From the IMG/VR virus record IMGVR_UViG_3300028840_002963, positions 1 through 37,686 of that record: DNA of 37,686 nt; one strand, given 5' to 3'. Shown here piece after piece: positions 9,558 to 18,277 of the stretch (position 1 is the first letter of the stretch; each line of letters opens with the position of its first letter). Under the pieces are notes generated by a model. The model did no database searches and was not told the DNA's origin. It worked only from the letters and a program-made list of their open reading frames with translations. The DNA comes from a virus. Its lineage: Duplodnaviria; Caudoviricetes. The translations under genes and the position numbers were made by a program.

Positions 9558-11694
9558 GGCTTACGTCGAAATGGGAACGGACAACAATCCGCTCTCGCGA
9601 GGCCTGCGTGCTGCCGAATCAAAGCTCAAACGCTATGCGCGGAATGCTCGGGCCATCGGCACCCAAATGGTCAAGCTCGGTGCCTCCGCGCTCCTCCCCT
9701 TCATCGGTGGTGCCAAAGTCTACGCCAACTTCGCGGACAAAATGGCCGTCGTCCGGGCCGTTACCGGCGCCCTTACCGCCGACTTCCAGAAGCTCGAGAA
9801 AGAGGCCAAGCGGCTCGGCCGCACCACGTCGTTTACCGCCAGTGACGTCGCCGGCGCGATGATCGAACTCGGCCGCGCGGGCTTCAAACCGCAGGCCATC
9901 CTAGACAGCACCCAGGCCGTTCTGAACCTCGCCCGCGCCACTGACACCGAACTACCATTGGCCGCTGAAATCGCCGCCGCAGCGCTCCGTGGATTCAGCC
10001 TCAAAACGAAAGACTCCGGCCGCGTTGCCGACGTCTTGACCGCCGGGGCCAACGCCTCCGCGCAGACGCTCGAGGACCTGGGCGAGTCCCTCAAATACGT
10101 TGCCCCGCTCGCCGTAGAGGCCAACGCGTCCATCGAGGAGACCGTCGCCGCCCTGGGTCTGATGGCCAACAACGGTATCAAGGGCAGTATGGCCGGGACC
10201 GCCCTGGCCCGCGCCTACAAAAACCTCGCCACGACCGGTGCCCAAAAAACCCTCCAGAACATCGGCGTCGCCGCCGTCGACTCCGCCGGCGACCTCCGGC
10301 CACTCTCGACTGTTCTGGCGGAACTCGGCGAAATGACAAAAGCCTACGGCTCCGGAAAGCGGCTTGCCATCTTTGAGAAGCTCTTCGGACGCGGGTCCGC
10401 CGCTGCGCTGAAGCTCGCCGGAGGGGCCGGCGCCTTCGACGACCTGCTAGCCAAAATGCGCGACGCCGAAGGCACCGCCAACGACGTCGCACAACAGATG
10501 GACGATAACCTCGGCGGATCCTTCCGCCGCCTCATGAGCGCCGTTGAAGGGTCCGCGATCGCCGTCGGCGAGGCCGTAAAAGGACCGTTCCGACAGTTCA
10601 CCGAATGGGCCGTCCTGGCCGTCGGCCGCGTCACCGAATGGATTGCGGCCAACCAAAAGCTCGTTATCGGCGCCGCCATGGCCGCCACCGCGCTCGCCGC
10701 CACCGGCGTCGCCCTCATCGCTCTAAGCGCCGCCATGAGCACGGTCAGCTTTGCCATTGGCGGGATCGCCACCATTGCCACCACAATTGCCGGCGCATTT
10801 ATGGCCATCCTCTCGCCGATAGGTCTTGTTAGCGCTGCCGTTGCCGCGCTAGGCGCCACGCTGTTTAGCTTTACCAACACCAGCGGCGCCCTTATGGGAT
10901 GGCTCAGCGGCCGTTTCGGTGCCTTTGGCCAGTTCGCCTCAAAGACGTTCGGCGCCGTCGCCAAATCACTCGCCCGGGGCGACATCACCGCCGCCGCCAA
11001 CGTCCTCTGGGCCTCGCTCAACCTCATTTGGGTAAAGGGCGCCAGCCGTCTGTCTGTTGCCATTGATTCTATCCGCGACAAATGGACCGACTTCTGTTAT
11101 GGCATGGCTGCTAGTTTCAACGCGGCCGTCTCTTCGATTTCCTACGCATGGACCTACATCGAAAGCAAAGTTGCCGAAATCATTGCAGGCCTGGCCTCCC
11201 TGTCCGGACTCGACCCACACGCTGTCGTCAAAGGCGTCCAGGAACACTACGGTAAACAACTCGAGGACATCAACAACACCCTAGCTGCCAAACTCCGTAG
11301 TATTTACCAGGACCGCGACCGCGCCCAAGCTCAGGCCGACGAGAAACACCTGGCCGCACTGAGAGCGGCCAATAAGGCAATTCGCGACGCTCGCAAGGAC
11401 TGGTCCGCCGCCATCAATGACGCCGAAGCGCCACCAGCCCTCCGCGAAGCCGCTGCCCTCCCGGAAAAGATGAAACAGGCCGCCGTGGAAATCGGCAAAG
11501 GCATTGAAGGCATCACCCTACCCGGCACCCCCGCCGGCAGCCGCGGCACCTTCAACGCCGCCGCCGTCCAGTCCCTGCAGTCCGGGACCACCATGGACGA
11601 AAAACAGCTCCGCGAACTCGAACTCGCCAACCGACACCTCAACCGCATCGACCGCAAGTTTGCCCGCGATAACCACCTCCCACGGTTCTCCTGA
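9526..11694 (+). CDS. Tail tape measure protein (TP901-like)
   Basis: AKRLGRTTSFTASDVA, LGESLKYVAPLA and NGIKGSMAGTAL motifs; Ala-rich with hydrophobic segments. Confidence 0.95.
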   Translation: MAAAQGIRAGKAYVEMGTDNNPLSRGLRAAESKLKRYARNARAIGTQMVKLGASALLPFIGGAKVYANFADKMAVVRAVTGALTADFQKLEKEAKRLGRTTSFTASDVAGAMIELGRAGFKPQAILDSTQAVLNLARATDTELPLAAEIAAAALRGFSLKTKDSGRVADVLTAGANASAQTLEDLGESLKYVAPLAVEANASIEETVAALGLMANNGIKGSMAGTALARAYKNLATTGAQKTLQNIGVAAVDSAGDLRPLSTVLAELGEMTKAYGSGKRLAIFEKLFGRGSAAALKLAGGAGAFDDLLAKMRDAEGTANDVAQQMDDNLGGSFRRLMSAVEGSAIAVGEAVKGPFRQFTEWAVLAVGRVTEWIAANQKLVIGAAMAATALAATGVALIALSAAMSTVSFAIGGIATIATTIAGAFMAILSPIGLVSAAVAALGATLFSFTNTSGALMGWLSGRFGAFGQFASKTFGAVAKSLARGDITAAANVLWASLNLIWVKGASRLSVAIDSIRDKWTDFCYGMAASFNAAVSSISYAWTYIESKVAEIIAGLASLSGLDPHAVVKGVQEHYGKQLEDINNTLAAKLRSIYQDRDRAQAQADEKHLAALRAANKAIRDARKDWSAAINDAEAPPALREAAALPEKMKQAAVEIGKGIEGITLPGTPAGSRGTFNAAAVQSLQSGTTMDEKQLRELELANRHLNRIDRKFARDNHLPRFS

Positions 11695-12515
11695 TGGCCA
11701 TTACCGTCGAAGAAAAAGCCCACGGCATCAGCCTTGCCGAAGGCGAAACCAGCACCCGGGACATTCCGTACATCATCCGTGGCGCCTCGACCGAAGAGCA
11801 GGCCCGCGCCGCCTTCGTCGCTCAAGTGCCCCGGGAACGATACAACTACCTTCTCCATTCGGTCGACCTCGATGAAATCGCCCCAGACATCTACGAAGCC
11901 ACCGCCCACTACGAACCCTACGAGCAGACCAAGCTCCCCCAGCCGCAGACCGGCGATTCGCTCTTTAGCTTTTCGACATCTGGCTCCACGCAACATATCA
12001 CGCAGGCCTACAACACCACCGCCTACGCTGCCCCGGGCGCCGGCAATCCCCCAGATTACAAGGGCGCAATCGGCGTCACCGGCTCCGGCGAAGACCAGAA
12101 GGTCGAAGGCGTCGACGTACCGGTCCCCTCCCTCAAGTTCACCGAAACCTACTATCCGCCGGCCGCCATGGTCACGCGCAGCTACGTCCGGCTCCTCGCC
12201 ACCATTACCGGCATGGTTTCGCTCTCCCCCTTCCGCGGCTTCCAACCCGGCGAAGTCCTCTTTCTCGGTGCCGACGGTAACCAGCGAAACAACGAAGACT
12301 GGGAAATCGCCTTCCAGTTCGACGCCTCGCCGAACGTCTCCGCCCTCCGTGTCGGAGACATGGTCGTTGCCAAAAAAGGCTGGGACTACCTCTGGGTCCG
12401 CTACGTCAAGAAAGAAGACGCTGCCGCCAAGGCCCTCATTGAAAGCCCACAGTTCGCCTACGTCTGTGAAGTCCACAAATACGCCAACTTCGGCATCATC
12501 GGAATAGGAACCTAG
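11694..12515 (+). CDS. Minor tail protein (distal tail/hub-like)
   Basis: Coupled to the tape measure stop; FRGFQPGEVLFLGA and KKGWDYLWV. Confidence 0.65.
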   Translation: MAITVEEKAHGISLAEGETSTRDIPYIIRGASTEEQARAAFVAQVPRERYNYLLHSVDLDEIAPDIYEATAHYEPYEQTKLPQPQTGDSLFSFSTSGSTQHITQAYNTTAYAAPGAGNPPDYKGAIGVTGSGEDQKVEGVDVPVPSLKFTETYYPPAAMVTRSYVRLLATITGMVSLSPFRGFQPGEVLFLGADGNQRNNEDWEIAFQFDASPNVSALRVGDMVVAKKGWDYLWVRYVKKEDAAAKALIESPQFAYVCEVHKYANFGIIGIGT

Positions 12516-12519
12516 CCCC

Positions 12520-13353
12520 ATGGCCGACAACAAAACCTGGGTCGGAGACGACTCCGGCAACGAAGGCGACTGGTCGGTCGCCGCGAACTGGTCCCCGTCC
12601 GGCGTACCGGTCGCCACCGACCACGTCCGCATCCCCGCCAGTTCGTCCGAGGACATCACCGCCGGGCTCAACCAGTCCGCCGTCGCCCTCGGCGACGTCA
12701 TCGTCGAGAAAGGCTACACCGGCACCATCGGGACCTCCGCCGGCTACCTCCAAATCGACCCCAACCGATTCCAGTTCGAGGGCACCGGCGAAAGCTACAT
12801 CGACCTCGGGTCCGCCGCCATTGACGTCCTTATCCTCGACACCGCCACCGCCCCGGCGACCGGTCAGCATGGCCTCTATCTGAAGGGTTCCGCCATCGCC
12901 ATCCTGTCGGTTCTCGACGGTGACGTCGCTGTCGCCGGCCTCCACGGCGAGACCGCCACCGTCACCACCGCCCGCACCGTCGGCGACCGCGCCAAGCTCA
13001 CCCTCGGCGCCGGCGTCACCCTCACAAATCTCGACACCGTAAAGGGCGAGGCCACCCTACGCTGCGCCTGTACCACCATCGACGTCCTCGGTGGCCAGCT
13101 CACAACGGAAGAGGTCGGCGCCATCACCACCCTAAACGTCCGCGACGGCACCGCCTACCCGAACAGTACCGGCACCATCACGACGCTCAACCTCCACGGT
13201 GGTACCGTCGACCTGACGGGTAGCGGCCTTGCCCGGACCATCACGACGCTCGTCCATAACGGTGGCGCCATCCTCTACGATCCGGCCAGCGTCACCATTA
13301 CGAACAAATCCGCACCCGACGCCCCGGTCCGCATGAGCGCCACGCCCGCATAA
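12520..13353 (+). CDS. Minor tail protein, beta-solenoid-like
   Basis: N-terminal W..GDWSVAANWSPSGVP motif and T/G-rich ITTLN repeats. Confidence 0.6.
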   Translation: MADNKTWVGDDSGNEGDWSVAANWSPSGVPVATDHVRIPASSSEDITAGLNQSAVALGDVIVEKGYTGTIGTSAGYLQIDPNRFQFEGTGESYIDLGSAAIDVLILDTATAPATGQHGLYLKGSAIAILSVLDGDVAVAGLHGETATVTTARTVGDRAKLTLGAGVTLTNLDTVKGEATLRCACTTIDVLGGQLTTEEVGAITTLNVRDGTAYPNSTGTITTLNLHGGTVDLTGSGLARTITTLVHNGGAILYDPASVTITNKSAPDAPVRMSATPA

Positions 13354-13354
13354 T

Positions 13355-14317
13355 ATGCCACCATTCAAAAAAGTCGCCAGAGGGCAGACCCTCTCTATCC
13401 CGGCCGACGACTACAACGCCTGCATCGCTACGGCCAAGGCGTACCACCAGGGTCTTGGCGGCGCACCATCTCCACCGCAGCGTCCCACTGGTAACTCCCC
13501 GAGCCGCCTGTTCGTCAAGAACGTTAGCTCCACCGACGCTCCACGCTTCGCCGTCCTCGGCATCGAGTCCGTCGTTTTTACCCCGTCCGACAACCTCGAC
13601 GAATTCCAAAACGCCCCGACCCTGACAGTCACGACGCCGACCACGGACGACCATACCGGCAATTTTGTCATTGCCCAGGAACCAATACCCGCCGGCCAAA
13701 TCGGTCTAGCCGTTCTCCAGGGACTCACCGCCTGCCAAATCAACATCACCGATGAGGACCACACCCACGCCGACGTCACCAATGAAGACAACACCCAGCT
13801 CACCAGCGGCTCCAGCGGCGCCGCGCGCATCCTCCACGTAAACGGCACCGGTACCCAATGGGCGCTGGTCGCCCTTGGAACATCTCAGCCGATCGCCGAC
13901 TATGGCCAGCTCTACATGACGAGTGCTTGGTCACACACCGGCAGCGGAGAGGAGACGATAGGGTGGAACGCCGACGGCAGTAGCAGCGACGGCGTGACGC
14001 CGGATCAGGCCAACAACAAGCTCACGATCGTGACGCCTGGCACCTATTTCCTCACCTTCGATATGGATGTCGGCGGCTATACCGCCAGTGCCACGCCCGC
14101 GGCTTTTTCCGTCACGCTCTATGAGGGCGAACAAAGCCGCCCGTGGATGGCCTGCTTCTGCCATCTCCTCTACATCCAGTCGGTAGCGGTCTCGCAGCGT
14201 ATCGGTGCCAATTGTGTCCGGGCCTTCGCAGCCGATACCGACCTCACTCTGCGGGCCACCGCATCGGTGGCATGCTCCGCAAACAACGGTCAATTCTCCG
14301 CCATCCGCCTGAACTGA
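13355..14317 (+). CDS. Tail fibre/receptor-binding-like protein
   Basis: Last gene of the tail operon; C-terminal LTIVTPGTYFLTF ... FSAIRL resembles a C1q/TNF-like jelly roll. Confidence 0.55.
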   Translation: MPPFKKVARGQTLSIPADDYNACIATAKAYHQGLGGAPSPPQRPTGNSPSRLFVKNVSSTDAPRFAVLGIESVVFTPSDNLDEFQNAPTLTVTTPTTDDHTGNFVIAQEPIPAGQIGLAVLQGLTACQINITDEDHTHADVTNEDNTQLTSGSSGAARILHVNGTGTQWALVALGTSQPIADYGQLYMTSAWSHTGSGEETIGWNADGSSSDGVTPDQANNKLTIVTPGTYFLTFDMDVGGYTASATPAAFSVTLYEGEQSRPWMACFCHLLYIQSVAVSQRIGANCVRAFAADTDLTLRATASVACSANNGQFSAIRLN

Positions 14318-14434
14318 CCACGCCACGCGGCGGCCCGGAACAAACCGCAAAATAATTCCCCGCTCGTGACGTAACCTCTTACGCCACCACGCCTTAAAAT
14401 TTTCGCCAAAATGGCCCCTCTTCGCATAATCTGG

Positions 14435-14462
14435 TTGACAGGCGGCAACCGATATGTATAAT
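14435..14462 (+). promoter_or_regulatory. Consensus sigma70-type promoter
   Basis: TTGACA (14435-14440), 16 bp, TATAAT (14457-14462) in an AT-rich intergenic region. Confidence 0.85.
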
Positions 14463-14512
14463 TAGGGCATGAGGCGTTTACGAGACACCACACACGAACA
14501 GGAGGATGACCG

Positions 14513-14845
14513 ATGGAAAACCCACGACCTGCCGATTACGAATTGCTCGCTCGCACACTCTGCCTAGGTCGCGAGACTGACCCAGACACCCTCACACAGT
14601 GCATGGACGGCACACGGCCAGAGTGGCAAATGGAGAGCATTGACGAAGACAATGACTGTGTGTCACAGACACGCGACACACTCGACGATTTCCGCCGCCA
14701 CTCGCAACAATGGCGCGAGCCGGGTCACTGCCAGGAAATCAACGGTGGACTCTATTGGGAACGCTGTCAGGCTTTGAGAGGACAGCAACGATGTGAGCTT
14801 TGCGTTGTTGACTGCGGCACTTTCCGCCTTTGTTATCAAGTTTAA
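14513..14845 (+). CDS. Hypothetical protein (moron-like, own promoter)
   Basis: AGGAGG RBS; directly downstream of the consensus promoter. Confidence 0.75.
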   Translation: MENPRPADYELLARTLCLGRETDPDTLTQCMDGTRPEWQMESIDEDNDCVSQTRDTLDDFRRHSQQWREPGHCQEINGGLYWERCQALRGQQRCELCVVDCGTFRLCYQV

Positions 14846-14916
14846 CGGCGCCCACCACCGCGCTCTGGGCAGGGAGCGTGGGGGTGGTTTCCGCTACGCA
14901 CACGAACAGGAGGACC

Positions 14917-15101
14917 ATGCCATCAAATACCTTACCCTTGCCCAGGCCGCGGCCCGGCTCGGTGTCTCGCGGCAAATGATCCACCGCTACGTCCGCGACG
15001 GTCGCATTCACGCGGAGCGCGTCGGCTGGCAGTGGCTCATCGCCCCGCGCGACTGCCGCAAGCCCAAACCGCGCAAGCCGGGACCGGAACCATCCACCTA
15101 A
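14917..15101 (+). pseudogene. Excisionase/MerR-like HTH protein with an apparent 1-nt frameshift after codon 3
   Basis: YLTLAQAAARLGVSRQMIHRYVRDGRI HTH; the RBS-linked ATG 14917 is out of frame unless AAA 14925-14927 were AAAA. Confidence 0.6.
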
Positions 15102-15961
15102 CCCAGCAGCGATGGCGGTAGCGGTGGCCGACTGCCGGCGATTCGCGGGTCGATGTAGTGCTGTTGCGCCAGCCCCGGCGTGCGATGCCCCAGGTGCCGC
15201 ATGGCCGCTCCCGGCGCCACGGCCTCCAGGTGGCTCGCTGAAGTCCGACGTAGCTTCTGCGGGCCTTCTTTGCGGCCTACGGGCAATCCTGCTGGCAATA
15301 GCACATGCTCCTTCCAGTGTTTCCAGAAGTACTCCCGGCAGTATGGCCAGGGTAAGAGCTTCTCACGCTGTGGCGGCACTGTCTTGGCGATCGCGGCTAA
15401 CGTGACCTCTTGGACGCGGCAGATTATCGCCTCCCCGGTCTTCTCCTGCGCCACCTCGAATTCGCCCGTTTGCACCTCGGCCAACGTGAGCGCCAACACG
15501 TCCGAGAGACGTAGGCCGGTATCGTAGACGAGCAGGATAAATACAGTCCAAAATGCACCGATCCGAATGCCGGTACGGTAATATTCCTGCGCCCGGTCCG
15601 CGGCGTCTAACATCCGGCTCATCTCGTCCCGGGTCCACGCTCTCGGGATCCGCCGCGGCTGCGTTACCTGCCGGATGTGCTTCGGCGGCGGGTCCACTAG
15701 ATTCATCGCGGCGGCGAACCGCCACAGCGTCAGTAGATCGCCACGGCGCCGCGAGACCGTTTTGGGGGCATGATCGACGGCGTGATCCCGCAGAAACCGA
15801 TTGACGAGGTGAGCAGATAGCTGCTCCAGCCGCACATGTCTTCCATGCCAGCGATCGAGGACGCGAAGCGTGGTCGTGAGCTGATGCACGGACGAAGACC
15901 GCAGCGGCCGCACCAGTAGGTAGTCGCTGCGGAAAAACTCCTCTAACGTGCGGTGGCACAT
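15098..15961 (-). CDS. int: Tyrosine recombinase/integrase
   Basis: YDTGLRLSD (R), KTG (K), QKLRR (H-x-x-R position with Q), LGH and terminal Y. Start probably ATG 15961 or 16024 (both have GGAGG), not 16138. Confidence 0.92.
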   Translation of the reverse strand: MCHRTLEEFFRSDYLLVRPLRSSSVHQLTTTLRVLDRWHGRHVRLEQLSAHLVNRFLRDHAVDHAPKTVSRRRGDLLTLWRFAAAMNLVDPPPKHIRQVTQPRRIPRAWTRDEMSRMLDAADRAQEYYRTGIRIGAFWTVFILLVYDTGLRLSDVLALTLAEVQTGEFEVAQEKTGEAIICRVQEVTLAAIAKTVPPQREKLLPWPYCREYFWKHWKEHVLLPAGLPVGRKEGPQKLRRTSASHLEAVAPGAAMRHLGHRTPGLAQQHYIDPRIAGSRPPLPPSLLG

Positions 15962-16110
15962 CAGTCCAGCCTCCGAGGTGTGCGTCTGGATGCGTGCCTT
16001 TCTTATCGACCCCCACACGGACATAGGATGACCCTCCACGTAAGAGCTACCGTAATCGGCGCAATCCGTGCAGACGGTATCCTTTACCAACATAAATGTT
16101 TTAGCTTCGT

Positions 16111-16131
16111 TTCGAGTCCTACCGGGGGAGC
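16111..16131 (+). other. attP core resembling the 3' end of a tRNA (Asn-like)
   Basis: TTCGAGTCCTACCGGGGGAGC equals T-loop, 3' T-stem, 3' acceptor strand and discriminator G; no 5' tRNA half; adjacent to the integrase 5' end. Confidence 0.75.
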
Positions 16132-16180
16132 TTAGCAAGTAGGGGATAACCGGCGTCCTTACCTATTGGAATTTTCGGCA

Positions 16181-16486
16181 TCAGGATGGAACGGAATGAT
16201 GGGTATCGTATCGCTTAACCAGATCATCGAAGTCACCTGCCCGAACTGTGGCAAGCAGATCAAGAAGCAACTGCGTTGGTTCCACGGTGACCGTGATTGT
16301 CCCCATGGATGCGGGCTGACTCTCAAATGCGACGAGCTTGCCCGGGGAATTCGTGAAGATATTGACAAGGCAGTTGCGGACTTCCGGCGTGACCTTGGCC
16401 GAATGTTTCGATAATTCGTTTTGCAGTTCGTCCATGAACGCGGCGAACTGCGACGTGTCCGCGTTGACCCTACAAGTGGCAGCCAT
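16181..16486 (-). CDS. Hypothetical protein antisense to the zinc-ribbon gene
   Basis: AAGGA RBS, protein-like composition, structured upstream leader. Confidence 0.45.
   Translation of the reverse strand: MAATCRVNADTSQFAAFMDELQNELSKHSAKVTPEVRNCLVNIFTNSPGKLVAFESQPASMGTITVTVEPTQLLLDLLATVRAGDFDDLVKRYDTHHSVPS
16196..16414 (+). CDS. Small zinc-ribbon protein
   Basis: CPNC ... CPHGC followed by an amphipathic helix. Confidence 0.6.
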   Translation: MMGIVSLNQIIEVTCPNCGKQIKKQLRWFHGDRDCPHGCGLTLKCDELARGIREDIDKAVADFRRDLGRMFR

Positions 16487-16599
16487 ATTGGGGAGTCCTT
16501 TTCAGCTTGAGTTTCCGGCGGCCTGAGTAGCGAGTACCGGCGACGGCTCGGGGGTCGTGCTACTACGGACCCTGTGACTGCTCAGGCCGCCTCTACGTA

Positions 16600-16627
16600 T
16601 TGTAAAGTCTTGGGTTCACGGTACAAT
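16600..16627 (+). promoter_or_regulatory. Putative sigma70-type promoter
   Basis: TTGTAA, 16 bp, TACAAT just upstream of the HTH gene. Confidence 0.55.
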
Positions 16628-16634
16628 AGGGGAC

Positions 16635-16841
16635 ATGAGGATGAGCACAGAAAATCTACTGACGGCCGCTGGTGCTGCCGTCCGGTTGGGCATCACCGAA
16701 GAGCGCATGCGACAATTCTGCGCAGAGGGTCGTATTGGTGCTAAGTTGGGTGGACGGTGGGTTATAACCACCGACGAATTACGGCAATTTAAGAAAATTC
16801 CGCGTCGTACAGGGCGTCCACCGGAAAAGGACAAGCCTTGA
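16635..16841 (+). CDS. Excisionase/MerR-like HTH DNA-binding protein
   Basis: LLTAAGAAVRLGITEERMRQFCAEGRI ... GGRWVI with a C-terminal RRTGRPP hook. Confidence 0.82.
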   Translation: MRMSTENLLTAAGAAVRLGITEERMRQFCAEGRIGAKLGGRWVITTDELRQFKKIPRRTGRPPEKDKP

Positions 16842-16952
16842 CTGACGAGCGGCTGCACGTAAAATAGGCAACTGTGACCTGTCTGCTTCAGCCATCAGAG
16901 CTTTGTCCGGGTCTCGCTCACCCGTGACGGCTAGAGCGGCAGAGGAATCTTG

Positions 16953-16987
16953 GGCATCCCCTTCCGGCACGAGGGGGATGCTTTTTT
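16953..16987 (+). terminator. Intrinsic terminator
   Basis: GGCATCCCC/GGGGATGCC stem followed by TTTTT. Confidence 0.75.
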
Positions 16988-17439
16988 CGTGGGTGCCACT
17001 TGAAGCAAATGTTCATATGTGGACAATTGGTGTACTGAGCGAAGGGACAAGATTCCTCTAACACAATGGGTTACGTCGTGCCGGCACATTCTCCCAACCC
17101 CAAAATGAGCCGGAATACAAAAGCGGCTGCGATTAAAAGCTCTCGCAGCGACGGTAAGCACGGAAGCCGCACAGGCGGCGAAGGGGTGCTTCACGAGGAA
17201 GCGACATGGTGTTCTCGGCAGCAAAAAGGCCGAGTTTCCCAGGCAACGGGTGGGTATTTGATCCCACAATCGGGCCGACGTCCTGGTCAAACAGTGATTG
17301 GACACAAAAACACCAGCATAAGTGACTTCGACTGTCTGAAAACGTCGCCACTCTTGTCCTAACTACCCATAAGCTATACCCTTAAATCACTGGGGATGGT
17401 CCTCTTTGTGCGCTGTTTCAGAATTTTCTCGAATTGGGG

Positions 17440-17467
17440 TTGCAAAGGGTTGGGGAAACAGTAGAAT
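17440..17467 (+). promoter_or_regulatory. Putative early rightward promoter
   Basis: TTGCAA, 16 bp, TAGAAT upstream of the long rightward early operon that includes the CRISPR locus. Confidence 0.6.
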
Positions 17468-17803
17468 TAGCGATTACTTCAGTCACACAAAACCGTAGTA
17501 GCAACCTCTTGTGGCCTCTGCCACGACCGGTTGCACCCAAGCGACCGACCGCTTCCGAAACACCGTGAGGCGGTCCAGGAACCCTCCCGCACGGAGGCAC
17601 ACTGGCAGTGTATCTGCTTCCTCAATTCGCACGCTCCTTGCTGCCCCTGCCACGCGACTGGAACTGCCAGCGGTCCGTGGTGGGGGTTTTGTCGTTTGAC
17701 CAGATGACGCCCGCGGGTGGTCCGCGGGACATCCGCACCCGACGTCGGCCCGTTTGCACCCAGCGGGAACCGGCGCCGGGTGCTTTTCTAACCGGAGAAG
17801 AAA

Positions 17804-18016
17804 ATGGCAAACAACGCACAACTCGATCACTACCACTCAATCGTGGAGCAGGAGAAGGCGGTACGTAAAGCGCTCCTGGAATGGACGGAAGCGAAAGACG
17901 AAGCATCTGCCTGCAAGAAGAATTTCGACCGTCTGAACGACGAGCTGCTCGACATGATTCACGGCGGGCCGGACTGGCAAAACAAGCTGCCGTTCGATGA
18001 AGGGGAAGAGGAGTAG
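17804..18016 (+). CDS. Small coiled-coil hypothetical protein
   Basis: GGAG RBS; helical, ending in QNKLPF plus an acidic tail. Confidence 0.7.
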   Translation: MANNAQLDHYHSIVEQEKAVRKALLEWTEAKDEASACKKNFDRLNDELLDMIHGGPDWQNKLPFDEGEEE

Positions 18017-18257
18017 CACAAAACACTGGGGGACTCGCACCCCCATGAGAGGCGAGTAGTACCGTGGTCAAGAAAACCGGAAACCGCCTGCGTTACGCAC
18101 GGAGCAATTCGTTCGTCCAGGTATCCGGTACACGAGCGCACGGCAACTCTCGCAGAAGGCCGGCGAAACGAAAGCCCGGATATTCGCGCATAGGCGCACG
18201 GCCTGGGCGTCATTCCTGTTTTGGCGGTGGGCGTCTTCGGGCGCCTGCCGCTGTTTT
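18017..18257 (+). ncRNA. Predicted tracrRNA/scaffold RNA of the type V-like locus (5' end uncertain)
   Basis: Anti-repeat GCGTCATTCCTGTT (18207-18220) forms 14 contiguous pairs (2 G-U) with repeat positions 20-33; hairpin loop CTCGCA (18034-18039) is complementary to the repeat's last 6 nt; ends in a UUCG hairpin. Confidence 0.7.
18223..18257 (+). terminator. cUUCGg hairpin with short U tract (tracrRNA 3' end)
   Basis: GGCGGTGGGCGTC-TTCG-GGCGCCTGCCGCT-GTTTT. Confidence 0.65.
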
Positions 18258-18277
18258 CAACAGAAGGAGACTGACGG

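Noticed and set aside
81-14350. Many long antisense and alternate-frame ORFs over structural genes (e.g. 947-2017, 4798-5811, 11331-12701)
   Set aside because: Shadow ORFs expected in high-GC DNA; low-complexity translations with no motifs.
16060-16135. Complete tRNA gene
   Set aside because: Only the 3' fragment is present; no D arm, anticodon arm or 5' acceptor strand.
15962-16138. N-terminal extension of the integrase in the ORF track
   Set aside because: The 16138 start overlaps the attP core and has no RBS; better starts exist at 16024 and 15961.
16842-17440. Short ORFs in the control region (16931-17305, 17066-17362)
   Set aside because: No convincing RBS or motifs; treated as non-coding.
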